From the NCBI GenBank assembly GCA_031363645.1, contig JANLUW010000084.1, positions 1-42,766 on the forward strand: DNA of 42,766 nucleotides. The letters run 5' to 3'. The notes under the pieces were generated by a model. The model had not been told where the DNA came from. It did not search any database and was given only the letters and a program-made list of their open reading frames with translations. Position numbers and translations under genes: made by a program. Shown here piece after piece: positions 8,975 to 19,210 of the stretch. Origin of the DNA: Rhizobacter sp. Lineage in GTDB: Bacteria; Pseudomonadota; Gammaproteobacteria; Burkholderiales; Burkholderiaceae_C. Each line of letters begins with the position of its first letter. Positions within the stretch are counted from its first letter, which is position 1.

Positions 8975-10204
8975 ATGCAAGCCGCAACCAAAGCCACCCC
9001 CGCCGCGCCAGCCCTCCACGGCTTGCGGGTGATCGACATCGCAACCGTCATCGCCGCGCCCTATTGCGCCACGCTGCTGGGCGAATTCGGCGCCGATGTG
9101 CTCAAGCTGGAGCACCCCGACGGCGGCGATGCGCTGCGCCGCTTCGGCACGCCTTCGCAACGCGGCGACACGCTGACCTGGCTGAGCGAGGCGCGCAACA
9201 AGCGCTCGATGACCATCGACCTGCGCACGCCCGAAGGCGCCGAAGTGTTCAAGCAGCTCATCGCCAAGACCGACGTGCTGTGCGAGAACTTCCGCACCGG
9301 CACGCTCGAGAAGTGGGGCCTGGGCTGGGATGTGCTGAAGGCCATCAACCCGGGCCTGGTAATGTTGCGCGTCACCGGTTACGGCCAGACCGGGCCGTAC
9401 AAAGACCGACCGGGTTTCGCGCGCGTGGCGCATGCCGTCGGCGGCATCGCCTACCTCGCCGGCATGCCCAAGGGCACACCGGTGACGCCGGGCTCGACCA
9501 CGCTCGGCGACTACATGACGGGCCTTTACGGCTGCCTCGGCGTGTTGATGGCGCTGCGCCACAAGGAACGCACCGGCGAGGGCCAATACGTGGACGCGGC
9601 GCTGTACGAATCGGTGTTCCGCTGCACCGAGGAGCTGGCGCCGGCGTTCGCGATGTTCGGCGTGGTGCGCGAACGCGCGGGCTCGTCGCACAACGACTTC
9701 GCGGTGCCGCACGGCCACTTCGCTACCAAAGACGGCAAGTGGGTCGCCATTTCGTGCGCCACCGACCTGCTGTTCGAGCGGCTGTCGCGCGCGATGGGGC
9801 GGCCCGAACTCGCCTCGACCGACTTCTACGGCGACCAGGCCACGCGCCTGACCCACCGGCACGACGTCAACGAAATCGTGCGCGACTGGTGCGGCGCGAT
9901 GACGCGCGAAGACGTGCTGCAGCGCTGCTACGCCACCGACACACCGGCCGGCCCGCTGAACAACATCGCCGACATTTTCGGCGACCGCCAGTTCCACGCC
10001 CGCCGCAACCTCGTGACGATGGACGCGCCCGACACCGGCGAGCAAATCATCGTGCCGGCACCGGTGCCGCGCCTGTCGGACACGCCGGGCAGCATCCGCA
10101 CGCTCGGGCCCAAGCTCGGCGAGCACACCGACGAGATCCTGCGCGAGGTGCTGGGCTACGACGACGCGCAGATCGCCAAACTGCGCGCGAGCAAGGCCGT
10201 CTGA
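8975..10204 (+). CDS. smtB: Succinyl-CoA:(S)-malate/(S)-citramalate CoA-transferase subunit B (family III)
   Basis: [57 protein letters not shown]; paralog of the preceding gene; matches recalled SmtB. Confidence 0.88.
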   Translation: MQAATKATPAAPALHGLRVIDIATVIAAPYCATLLGEFGADVLKLEHPDGGDALRRFGTPSQRGDTLTWLSEARNKRSMTIDLRTPEGAEVFKQLIAKTDVLCENFRTGTLEKWGLGWDVLKAINPGLVMLRVTGYGQTGPYKDRPGFARVAHAVGGIAYLAGMPKGTPVTPGSTTLGDYMTGLYGCLGVLMALRHKERTGEGQYVDAALYESVFRCTEELAPAFAMFGVVRERAGSSHNDFAVPHGHFATKDGKWVAISCATDLLFERLSRAMGRPELASTDFYGDQATRLTHRHDVNEIVRDWCGAMTREDVLQRCYATDTPAGPLNNIADIFGDRQFHARRNLVTMDAPDTGEQIIVPAPVPRLSDTPGSIRTLGPKLGEHTDEILREVLGYDDAQIAKLRASKAV

Positions 10205-11436
10205 TGTCTGCCCTGAGCCAAGGCATCCTGCACGGCCTGCGCATCGTCGAAGGCTCGGCCTTCGTCGCTGCGCCGCTCGGTGGCATGAGCCTGGCGCAGC
10301 TGGGCGCCGATGTGATCCGCTTCGACCCGATCGGCGGCGGGCTCGACCACGGCCGCTGGCCCGTCACGGCCGATGGCCGATCGCTGTTTTGGGCCGGCAT
10401 GAACAAGGGCAAGCGCTCGATCGCCGTCGACATCCGCCAGCCGCGCGGGCAAGAATTGCTGACGGCGCTGATCACCGCGCCCGGTGCCGACGCCGGCATG
10501 TTCAGCACCAACTTTCCGGCGCGCGGCTGGCTCGCGTACGACAAGCTCGCCGCGCAGCGCGCCGACCTCGTCATGGTCAACCTGCTGGGCCGGCGCGACG
10601 GCGGCTCCGAGGTCGACTACACCGTGAACCCGCAGCTCGGCTTCCCGGCGCTGACCGGGCCGGCTTCGAGCCGCGAGCCCACCAACCATGTCTTTCCGGC
10701 CTGGGACGCGATCGCCGGCAACATGATCGCCACTGCGCTGCTGGCCGCGCTGCGCCACCGCGATCGCACCGGCATTGGCCAGCTCGTGACGCTCGCGCTG
10801 AAGGACGTGGGCCTGACGATGCTCGGGCACCTGGGCATGATTGCCGAGGCCCAGGTGAACGGCGTCGATCGGCCGCGCTACGGCAACAACCTCTACGGCG
10901 CCTTCGGCCGCGACTTCGCCACAGGCGATGGCGAGCGCGCGATGGTGGTGGGCCTGACCGACATGCAATGGGGCTGCCTGCTCAAGGCCACCGGATTGGG
11001 CGATGCGGTGGCCACGCTCGGCCGGCAACTGCAGATCGACCTGACCGAAGAAGGCAACCGCTTCCATGCCCGCGAAGCGTTGGCCGCCTTGTTCGAGCCG
11101 TGGTTCGCAGCGCGCACCCTCGCCGAAGTGAGCGCCGTTTTCGAAACCCACCGCGTCACGTGGGGGCCGTACCGCACCGTGACCCAGGCGCTTGCACAAG
11201 ACCCCGACATGTCCGCCGCCCACCCGATGTTCAACCTGATCGACCAGCCCGGCATCGGCAGCTACTTGGCGCCCGCTTCGCCGCTCGACTTCAGCAAGGT
11301 GCCACGCCTGCCTGCCGTGCCCGCGCCGCTCCTCGGCCAGCACACCGACGAGATCCTGCAGGACGTGCTGGGCCTGTCGGCCGCCGAGGTGGGCTCGCTG
11401 CACGACGCCGGCATCGTTGCCGGCCCCACGAATTGA
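10204..11436 (+). CDS. mct: Mesaconyl-CoA C1-C4 intramolecular CoA-transferase
   Basis: GILHGLRIVEGSAFVAAPLGGM, DVIRFDPIGGGLD, GRRDGGSEVDYTVNPQLG, NHVFPAWD (catalytic Asp), LYGAFGRDF; ATG overlaps the smtB stop (TGATG). Confidence 0.92.
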   Translation: MSALSQGILHGLRIVEGSAFVAAPLGGMSLAQLGADVIRFDPIGGGLDHGRWPVTADGRSLFWAGMNKGKRSIAVDIRQPRGQELLTALITAPGADAGMFSTNFPARGWLAYDKLAAQRADLVMVNLLGRRDGGSEVDYTVNPQLGFPALTGPASSREPTNHVFPAWDAIAGNMIATALLAALRHRDRTGIGQLVTLALKDVGLTMLGHLGMIAEAQVNGVDRPRYGNNLYGAFGRDFATGDGERAMVVGLTDMQWGCLLKATGLGDAVATLGRQLQIDLTEEGNRFHAREALAALFEPWFAARTLAEVSAVFETHRVTWGPYRTVTQALAQDPDMSAAHPMFNLIDQPGIGSYLAPASPLDFSKVPRLPAVPAPLLGQHTDEILQDVLGLSAAEVGSLHDAGIVAGPTN

Positions 11437-12516
11437 ATGTCATCGACGGAGACCCCCTTGAAGCTTCCCCAAAACTTCTACAAGCCGCTGGCCATCGGCG
11501 CGCCGGCACCGTTTCGTGAACTGCCGGTGCGGCCGGAGCGCGTGGTGCACTTCTTCCCGCCGCACATCGAGAAGATCCGCGCCCGCCTGTCAGAGACCGC
11601 GCGGCAGGTCGACGTGCTGTGCGGCAACCTCGAAGACGCCATTCCGCTCGACGCCAAAGAGGCGGCGCGTGCGGGCTTCATCTCGGCGGTGCAGAACAGC
11701 GACCTTGGCGACACCGGCCTGTGGGTGCGCGTGAATTGCCTCAACAGCCCGTGGCTCCTCGACGACCTGGCGCAAATAGTCGCCGGTGTCGGCAACCGGC
11801 TCGACGCCGTGATGATTCCGAAGGTCGAAGGCCCGTGGGACATCCACTTCGTCGACCAGTACTTGGCTCTACTCGAAGCGCGCCACGGCATTCAGAAACC
11901 GATCCTGATCCACGCGCTGCTCGAGACCGCCGAGGGCGTGAAAAACGTCGAGCAGATCGTGTGTGCCAGCCCGCGCATGCACGGCCTGAGTCTGGGGCCG
12001 GCCGACCTCGCGGCATCGCGCGGCATGAAGACCACGCGCGTCGGTGGCGGCCACCCATCTTACGGCGTGATGGCCGACCCGGTCGAAGGCCGGACCGACC
12101 GCAGCTTCGTGCAGCAAGACCTGTGGCACTACACGCTGGCGCGCATGGTGGATGCGTGCGCGGCGAGCGGCATCCGTGCCTTCTACGGTCCGTTCGGCGA
12201 CCTGAAGGACGAGGCCGGCTGCGAAGCGCAGTTCCGCAACGCCTTCATCATGGGCTGCACCGGCGCGTGGTCGCTGGCACCGAACCAGATCGCCATCGCG
12301 CGGCGCGTCTTCAGCCCCGACGTGAAAGAAGTTCTGTTCGCCAAGCGCATTTTGGAGGCCATGCCCGATGGCACCGGCGTCGCCACGCTCGACGGCAAGA
12401 TGCAGGACGACGCCACCTGGAAGCAGGCCAAGGTGATGGTCGACCTGGCCCGCCTGGTCGCGCGCAACGACCCGGCGCTGGCGCAGGCCTACGGGTTCGA
12501 GGGCGGCGCGGCATGA
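11437..12516 (+). CDS. mcl: (S)-malyl-CoA/beta-methylmalyl-CoA/(S)-citramalyl-CoA lyase (CitE superfamily)
   Basis: [83 protein letters not shown]. Confidence 0.93.
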   Translation: MSSTETPLKLPQNFYKPLAIGAPAPFRELPVRPERVVHFFPPHIEKIRARLSETARQVDVLCGNLEDAIPLDAKEAARAGFISAVQNSDLGDTGLWVRVNCLNSPWLLDDLAQIVAGVGNRLDAVMIPKVEGPWDIHFVDQYLALLEARHGIQKPILIHALLETAEGVKNVEQIVCASPRMHGLSLGPADLAASRGMKTTRVGGGHPSYGVMADPVEGRTDRSFVQQDLWHYTLARMVDACAASGIRAFYGPFGDLKDEAGCEAQFRNAFIMGCTGAWSLAPNQIAIARRVFSPDVKEVLFAKRILEAMPDGTGVATLDGKMQDDATWKQAKVMVDLARLVARNDPALAQAYGFEGGAA

Positions 12517-13580
12517 CGACGCGAACACCCCTCAAAACCAACGCCGGCAACTTCTTCGAAGATTTCCGCGTCGGTCAGCACCTGGTGCATGCGCCGCCGC
12601 GCACGGTGACCAGCGGTGAGGTGGCGCTGTACACGGCGCTGTTCGGTTCGCGCTTCGCGGTGAACTCATCCGACCCGTTCGCGCAAGCGCTCGGCATGCC
12701 GCGCGCGCCGGTCGATTCGATGCTCGTCTTCCACCTCGTGTTCGGCCGCACGGTGGCCGACATCTCGCTCAACGCCATCGCCAACCTGGGTTACGCCGGC
12801 GGCATGTTCGGCGTGCCGGTCTACCCCGGCGACACGCTCAGCAGCGACTCGCGCGTGGTCGGCTGCAAGCCCAACAAGGACGGCAAGACCGGCGTGGTCT
12901 ACGTGCGCTCCACCGGCGTCAACCAACACGGGCAGACGGTGCTCGACTACCGCCGCTGGGTCATGGTGAAAAAGCGCGACGCCGATGCCGCCACGCCCGA
13001 GACCGTCGTGCCCGAATTGCCCGAGTCGGTGCCCGTGACCGAACTGCACTGCCCGTACACGCTGGCCGCTGGCAGCTATGACACGGCACGCGCAGGCGCC
13101 GATTTCCTGTGGGACGACTACGCGGTCGGCGAACGCATCGACCATGTCGACGGCACGACCATCGAGGAGGCCGAGCACATGCTGGCCACGCGGCTGTACC
13201 AAAACACCGCCAAGGTGCACTTCAACCAGCACATCGAGCGTGAGGGCCGCTTCGGCAAACGCATCGTCTACGGCGGGCACGTGATCAGCATCGCGCGTGC
13301 GCTGTCGTTCAACGGCCTGGCGAATGCGTTGAACGTCGCCGCCATTCACGGAGGCCGCCACACCGCCCCGAGCTTTGCCGGCGACACGATCTACGCCTGG
13401 TCGGAGGTGCTCGCCAAAGATTCGCTGCCCGGCCGCAGCGACATCGGCGCGCTGCGCGTGCGCACCGTGGCCACCAAGGACCGCGCCTGCCATGACTTCC
13501 CCGGCCACGACACCACTGCCGCGGCCGACCCCGCCGTGGTGCTCGACCTCGACTACACCGTGCTGATGCCCCGCCGCTGA
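12513..13580 (+). CDS. mch: Mesaconyl-C1-CoA hydratase (beta-methylmalyl-CoA dehydratase), MaoC double domain
   Basis: [68 protein letters not shown]; ATGA overlap with mcl. Confidence 0.93.
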   Translation: MTTRTPLKTNAGNFFEDFRVGQHLVHAPPRTVTSGEVALYTALFGSRFAVNSSDPFAQALGMPRAPVDSMLVFHLVFGRTVADISLNAIANLGYAGGMFGVPVYPGDTLSSDSRVVGCKPNKDGKTGVVYVRSTGVNQHGQTVLDYRRWVMVKKRDADAATPETVVPELPESVPVTELHCPYTLAAGSYDTARAGADFLWDDYAVGERIDHVDGTTIEEAEHMLATRLYQNTAKVHFNQHIEREGRFGKRIVYGGHVISIARALSFNGLANALNVAAIHGGRHTAPSFAGDTIYAWSEVLAKDSLPGRSDIGALRVRTVATKDRACHDFPGHDTTAAADPAVVLDLDYTVLMPRR

Positions 13581-13603
13581 TGCACCGCCGCTGACGGAAC
13601 CCG

Positions 13604-16600
13604 ATGATGACCACGACCACCACCGCAGAACGCCCGGCCACGCTGCCAGAGGCCCACACCAACCCCGTGCGCACCCGGCGCGATTGGGAGACGCAGCGTG
13701 CCGCTGCGCTCGCCGACCCCGGCGCGTTCCACGGTGCCATCGCCAAACGGCAGCTGCACTGGTTCGTCGCCTCGGCAGCCGAGTGCGGTGCATGGCTCAC
13801 CTTCGACGAAACGCGTCGTCTGTGGACCGGCTGGGAGGTGACCACCGGCGCGGCCCTGACGGCCGACCTGGGCGAAGCTTTCGAGCCGTGGCAGCGGGCC
13901 TTCAACTCCGATGACGCGCCGCACTGGAAGTGGTTCGAGGGCGGCTTGACCAACGCGTGCTTCAACGAAGTCGACCGCCACGTGCTCGCCGGCTTCGGTG
14001 CTGAGGCCGCGTTCTTGTTCGAAGGCGACCGCTGGGACATGTCGCAAGACGGCGGCCGCGGCGCACCGGTGGAGGCTTACGCAATCTCGCGCAAGCGCCT
14101 GCTGCTCGAGACCGCCAAGTGCGCGCTGGCGCTGCAGGCACTCGGCGTGCGCTCCGGTGACCGCATCGCGCTCAACCTGCCAAACATCCCGGCGCAGCTG
14201 TACTGGACCCAAGCCGCCAAGCGTCTGGGCGTGGTCTACACGCCGGTGTTCGGCGGCTTCAGTGACAAGACGCTTTCCGACCGCATCCACGATGCCGGTG
14301 CGCGCGTGGTCATCACCGCCGACGGCGGTTACCGCAACGCGCAGATCGTGCCGTTCAAGACCGCCTACACCGACCCTGCACTCGATGATTACGTGCCGGT
14401 GCCGGTGGTGCGCGCTGCGATCGCGCAGCGCCTGGCCTCGCTCGGTACGGAGCTGAATCTGAACGACAGTGACGCGCAGCAGCTGCTCGCCACCGTCGAC
14501 GACACCCTTGCCGGCGAAGTAACGGTGCAGCGCAGCGACGCGATGCGCGGTGTGGGCCGAGCGCTGCGCGAGCTGGGCCGCCAGGGCCGGCTGAACGCCG
14601 CGGCGGCGTCGCGGCTGCGCACGGCGGTGGCAGAAGCGCTGGTGGCCACGCCACCGCGCGTCGACGCCGTGGTCGTGGTGCGCCACACCGCGCAGGCCGA
14701 TCTGGTCTGGCGGGCAGAGCGTGACCGCTGGAGCCACGAGCTCACCGACACCGCGCTTGCCACGCTGCTGGCCGCAGCCCGCACCGCTGGTTTCGACGTG
14801 GCCGACGAGGCCGCGCTCATGACCTTGCCCGATGCCGACTTCGTGCGCGCGGTGTGGGCCAGCAGCCCACCCACGCCGCTCGATGCCGAGTACCCGCTGT
14901 TCTTCATCTACACCTCGGGCTCCACCGGCAAGCCCAAGGGCGTGGTGCACGTGCACGGCGGCTACACCGCGGGCGTGGCGCACACCATGAAAGTGGCGTT
15001 CGACGCGCGGCCGGGCGACGTGGTCTACGTCGTGGCCGACCCCGGCTGGATCACCGGCCAGAGCTACATGCTGAGTGCCACGATGACCACGCGCTGCACC
15101 GGTGTGCTCGGCGAAGGCGCGCCCACCTTCCCGCATGCCGGGCGCTACGCCTCGATGATCGAGCGCTACCGCGTGCGCATCTTCAAGGCAGGCGTCACCT
15201 TCCTGAAAACCATCATGGCCGACGCGCAAAACGCGCGCGATGTGCGCCAGTACGACCTCTCCAGCCTGCGCGTGGCGACCTTCTGCGCCGAGCCCACCAG
15301 CCCCGCGGTGCAGCAGTTCGGCATGGACCTGATGACGCCGAACTACATCAACAGCTACTGGGCCACCGAGCACGGCGGCATGGTCTGGACCCACTTCTAC
15401 GGCAACGCCGATTTCCCGCTGCAGGCCGATGCCCACACCTACCCGCTGCCCTGGATCGCAGGCGACGTGTGGGTCGAAGACGCCGACGCCGCGCGCAGCA
15501 CCTTCACGCCCTGGCAGCGCGACCCGGCCGCCGGCGGCGTGGCCTGGCGCCGCGCGGCTCTCGACGAAAAAGGCGAGATCGTCATCGCTGCGCCTTACCC
15601 GTATCTGGCGCGCACGGTCTGGGGCGACTCGACCAATTTCCGCGTCGAGGAAATCGGCGGCGGTGTGCGCGTGCAGACCGGCTGGAAGGGCGACGGCGAG
15701 CGTTGGTCCAGCACCTACTGGAAGCGCTGGCGCGGGGCATGGGCCTACACGCAGGGCGACTTCGCCGTCAGCTACCCCGACGGCAGTTTCAGCCTGCACG
15801 GCCGCAGCGACGATGTCATCAACGTCAGCGGTCACCGCATGGGCACCGAAGAGATCGAAGGCGCCATCCTGCGCCACAAGGCGCTCGACCCGGACAGCCC
15901 CGTCGGCAACGTCATCGTCGTCGGCGCGCCGCACCGCGAAAAGGGCCTCACGCCGCTGGCTTTCGTGAAACCGGCCGCCGGCCGCAAGCTGACGCAAGAC
16001 GATCGTCGGCGCCTGGCCGACCTGGTGCGCAGCGAGAAGGGCGCAGTGGCCGTGCCGAGCGACTTCATCGAGGTCAGCCAGTTCCCTGAAACGCGCAGCG
16101 GCAAGTACATGCGGCGCATGGTGCGTGCGCTGGTCGAGGGCACCGACGTTGGCGATGCGTCGACCCTGAAGAACCCCGAAGCCATCGGCGAACTGCAACG
16201 CGTCATCGGCGACTGGAAGCGCAAGCAGCAGCTTGCCGACGACCAGCAAATGTTCGAGCGCCACCGTTACTTCACGGTGCAGTACAACGCGGTCGCAACA
16301 GTGCAGGGCGCACAGCGCGTGGCAACCGTGACGGTGACCAACCCGCCGGTGAATGCGCTCAACGAACGCGCGCTCGACGAGCTGACGGTGGTGGTCGAGC
16401 ACCTGTCGCGCCGCGACGATGTGGTCGCCGTGGTCTTCACCGGGCAGGGCACCGCCAGCTTCGTCGCCGGCGCCGACATCCGGCAATTGCTCGAAGACAT
16501 CCACACGCTCGACGAAGCGCGCGCGCTGCCGAACAACGCGCACCTGGCCTTCCGCAAGATCGAACGCATGGGCAAGCCCTGCATCGCCGCGATCCAGGGC

Positions 16601-19138
16601 GTGGCGCTCGGCGGCGGCATGGAGTTCGCGCTGGCCTGCCACTGGCGCATCGCCGAGCCCACGGCGCGCTTTGGCCAGCCCGAGATCCGCCTGCGCCTCT
16701 TGCCCGGCTACGGCGGCACGCAGCGGCTGCCACGCCTGCTGGCCACGCGCCGCGGCGAGGCAGGCTTGCGCGACGCGCTCGACCTGATCCTCGGCGGCCG
16801 CAACATCGGCGGCGCCGAGGCGCTGGCGCTCGGTGTGGTGGACGAGCTGGCCGGTGCGTCGTCCGATGTCCTTTCGGCCGCTCATGCACGCATTCGCGAG
16901 TACTTGCAAGGTGGCGAAGCAAGCGCACTCGGCGCCGCTATGCGCGAACGCCACGACGGACTGGTGGCGTGGAACCTGCCGGCCGCGGAGTCGCTCGACA
17001 CCGCGCTGGCCGACGACCATTTGCAGCAGGTGCATGCACAACTTTCATGGGCCGGCCGCGGCGAAGCGCGCGACCGTGCGCTGCAGGCCATCCGCACCGG
17101 CTGGACCGAAGGGCTCGACGCCGGCCTCGCGGTCGAAGCCGAGCTGTTCGCGCAGGCGGTGATCGACCCCGAAGGCGGCAAGACCGGCATCCGGCAGTTC
17201 ATGGACAAGCAGAGCCCGGCGCTGCCGATCCGCCGCGACGGCGTGAAACTGGTTGCCGAACACGACGCCTTTATCGCCACGCAAACGACACAGGGTGGCC
17301 TGCTCGAGCGCGGCGCGCCGTTCTATCCCGGCATCACGCCGCTGCCGGCATGGCAGTACGCTTTCGGCGTGCCGCGCGACCCGGCGACCGGCGAGCCGCG
17401 CTTCGGCGCGCCGCGCACCAGCGAGGTCGAGTTGATCGTGTCGGTGGAGCCGCCGGAGCCGAACGAGGCATTGGTCTACATGCTGGCCTCGGAAGTCAAC
17501 TTCAACGACCTCTGGGCACTCACCGGCATCCCGGTTTCGCCCTTCGACAACCACGAAGAAGACGTGCAGGTCACCGGCTCGGGCGGCGTGGCACTGGTGG
17601 CCGCACTCGGCAGCGAAGCCAAACGCGAGGGCCGCCTCAAAGTGGGCGATCTGGTGGCGGTGTACTCGGGCCAGACCGAGTTGCTCAGCCCGTTGGCCGC
17701 GCGCGATCCGATGTATGTCGGCTTCTCGATCCAGGGCTACGAGACGCGCACCGGCAGCCACGCGCAGTTCCTCGTCACGCAGGCGCCGCAACTGCATCCG
17801 CTGCCGGCCGACCTGACCTTGGAGCAGGCCGGCAGCTACATCCTGAACCTGGGCACGATCGTGCGGGCGCTCTTCACCACACTGAAGATTGCGCCGGGCA
17901 AGGCGTTGTTCGTCGAAGGCTCGGCCACCGGCACCGGCTTGGAGGCGCTGAAGAGTGCCACCCGCGCCGGCTTGGCAGTGACCGGCGGCGTGTCGAGCCC
18001 AGCGCGCGCCGCGTTCATCGCTATGCAGGGCGCGGCAGGCGCGCTCGACCGCACCGAGGCGCGCTTCGCCGGCCTGTACACACCGGTGCCCGAAGCCGAT
18101 CCGGCGGCGTGGGAAGCGGCCGGCGTTCCGCTGCTCGACGAATACCGGCGTCAGAACGGTGGCCGGCTGGCCGACTACGCCGTCTCGCACGCTGGCGAGA
18201 CCGCTTTCCCGCGCAGCTTCCAGTTGCTGGCCGAAGGGGGTTCGCTGGCGTTCTACGGCGCCTCGTCCGGCTACCACCTCACGTTTGTCGGCAAGCCCGG
18301 TACCGCGTCGCCCGAGGCCATGCTGCAACGCGCAGGCGCCCGCGCCGGCGAGGCCGTGCTGCTGTACTACGGGCCGGGCAGCACCGCGTTGCTCGACAGC
18401 ACCGGGCTCGAGATGATCGAGGCCGTGCGCGCCATCGGTGCGCGCACCGTGGTGGCCACGGCCACCGACGCGCAGCGCGAGTTCGTGCAGTCGCTCGGCT
18501 TCGAGGACGCGGTAGCCGGCGTGGTGTCGATCGAAGACATTCGCCGTCGTCAGGGCGACAATTTCGATTGGCCTACGACCATGCCGCGGCTGGCCGACGC
18601 GAAGGCCGACATCGAGACTTTCCGCCACGGCGTGCGCGACTTTCAAGACCGCACGCTCAAGCCCTTCGGCGCCGCGGTGGGCGCGCTGCTGAGGAGCCCC
18701 GACAACCCGCGTGGCGCGCCCGATCTGGTCATGGAACGCGCCGGCCACGACGCGCTCGGCGTCAGCACCGCGCTGGTCAAGCCCTTCACTGGCCGCGTGG
18801 TCTATTGCGAAGAAATGTCGGGCCGGCGCTACGCCTTCTACGCGCCGCAGGTGTGGACGCGCCAGCGCCGCATCCTGATGCCCACGGCCAGCATCCTCGG
18901 CACGCACTTGTGCAACGCCTATGAGGTCACGCGCATGAACGACATGGTGAGTGCAGGCCTGCTCGACGTGACCGAGCCCACGGTCGTGCCGTGGCACGAA
19001 CTGCCCGCCGCGCACCAGGCCATGTGGGACAACCGGCACCAGGGCGCGAACTACGTCGTGAACCACGCGCTGCCGTCGCCCGGCCTGCGCAGCAAAGAAG
19101 CGCTGTTCGAAGCCTGGGCCGCCGGCGAGCGCGCCTGA
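13604..19138 (+). CDS. pcs: Trifunctional propionyl-CoA synthase (3-hydroxypropionyl-CoA synthetase / dehydratase / acrylyl-CoA reductase)
   Basis: 1844 aa fusion: acyl-CoA synthetase (YTSGSTGKPKG, YWATEHGG, GRSDDVINVSGHR, PETRSGKYMRR), crotonase (FVAGADI, GGGMEFALAC, PEIRLRLLPGYGGTQRL) and MDR reductase (SEVNFNDLWA, QGYET, ILGTHLCN). Confidence 0.96.
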   Translation: MMTTTTTAERPATLPEAHTNPVRTRRDWETQRAAALADPGAFHGAIAKRQLHWFVASAAECGAWLTFDETRRLWTGWEVTTGAALTADLGEAFEPWQRAFNSDDAPHWKWFEGGLTNACFNEVDRHVLAGFGAEAAFLFEGDRWDMSQDGGRGAPVEAYAISRKRLLLETAKCALALQALGVRSGDRIALNLPNIPAQLYWTQAAKRLGVVYTPVFGGFSDKTLSDRIHDAGARVVITADGGYRNAQIVPFKTAYTDPALDDYVPVPVVRAAIAQRLASLGTELNLNDSDAQQLLATVDDTLAGEVTVQRSDAMRGVGRALRELGRQGRLNAAAASRLRTAVAEALVATPPRVDAVVVVRHTAQADLVWRAERDRWSHELTDTALATLLAAARTAGFDVADEAALMTLPDADFVRAVWASSPPTPLDAEYPLFFIYTSGSTGKPKGVVHVHGGYTAGVAHTMKVAFDARPGDVVYVVADPGWITGQSYMLSATMTTRCTGVLGEGAPTFPHAGRYASMIERYRVRIFKAGVTFLKTIMADAQNARDVRQYDLSSLRVATFCAEPTSPAVQQFGMDLMTPNYINSYWATEHGGMVWTHFYGNADFPLQADAHTYPLPWIAGDVWVEDADAARSTFTPWQRDPAAGGVAWRRAALDEKGEIVIAAPYPYLARTVWGDSTNFRVEEIGGGVRVQTGWKGDGERWSSTYWKRWRGAWAYTQGDFAVSYPDGSFSLHGRSDDVINVSGHRMGTEEIEGAILRHKALDPDSPVGNVIVVGAPHREKGLTPLAFVKPAAGRKLTQDDRRRLADLVRSEKGAVAVPSDFIEVSQFPETRSGKYMRRMVRALVEGTDVGDASTLKNPEAIGELQRVIGDWKRKQQLADDQQMFERHRYFTVQYNAVATVQGAQRVATVTVTNPPVNALNERALDELTVVVEHLSRRDDVVAVVFTGQGTASFVAGADIRQLLEDIHTLDEARALPNNAHLAFRKIERMGKPCIAAIQGVALGGGMEFALACHWRIAEPTARFGQPEIRLRLLPGYGGTQRLPRLLATRRGEAGLRDALDLILGGRNIGGAEALALGVVDELAGASSDVLSAAHARIREYLQGGEASALGAAMRERHDGLVAWNLPAAESLDTALADDHLQQVHAQLSWAGRGEARDRALQAIRTGWTEGLDAGLAVEAELFAQAVIDPEGGKTGIRQFMDKQSPALPIRRDGVKLVAEHDAFIATQTTQGGLLERGAPFYPGITPLPAWQYAFGVPRDPATGEPRFGAPRTSEVELIVSVEPPEPNEALVYMLASEVNFNDLWALTGIPVSPFDNHEEDVQVTGSGGVALVAALGSEAKREGRLKVGDLVAVYSGQTELLSPLAARDPMYVGFSIQGYETRTGSHAQFLVTQAPQLHPLPADLTLEQAGSYILNLGTIVRALFTTLKIAPGKALFVEGSATGTGLEALKSATRAGLAVTGGVSSPARAAFIAMQGAAGALDRTEARFAGLYTPVPEADPAAWEAAGVPLLDEYRRQNGGRLADYAVSHAGETAFPRSFQLLAEGGSLAFYGASSGYHLTFVGKPGTASPEAMLQRAGARAGEAVLLYYGPGSTALLDSTGLEMIEAVRAIGARTVVATATDAQREFVQSLGFEDAVAGVVSIEDIRRRQGDNFDWPTTMPRLADAKADIETFRHGVRDFQDRTLKPFGAAVGALLRSPDNPRGAPDLVMERAGHDALGVSTALVKPFTGRVVYCEEMSGRRYAFYAPQVWTRQRRILMPTASILGTHLCNAYEVTRMNDMVSAGLLDVTEPTVVPWHELPAAHQAMWDNRHQGANYVVNHALPSPGLRSKEALFEAWAAGERA

Positions 19139-19210
19139 CGCCGCAGAGGCGCCCCGCACACCCGCACAACCGCACATGCCCATCCAATCGTGACTACCGG
19201 GAGACTTGAG

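Noticed and set aside
8725-11436. Apparent 903-aa ORF suggesting a fused CoA-transferase
   Set aside because: The N-terminal part is an out-of-frame overlap with smtA/smtB; the real mct starts at 10204. The same artefact affects 11619-13580 (mch), 22991-25159 (MDR) and 36835-38763 (lptG).
6722-13580. Interpreting the cluster as itaconate/mesaconate catabolism or the ethylmalonyl-CoA pathway
   Set aside because: Meh resembles itaconyl-CoA hydratase and Mcl/Mch occur in the ethylmalonyl-CoA pathway, but smtAB, mct, fused pcs and fused mcr together, with no ccr/ecm/mcd in the window, fit only the 3-HP bi-cycle.
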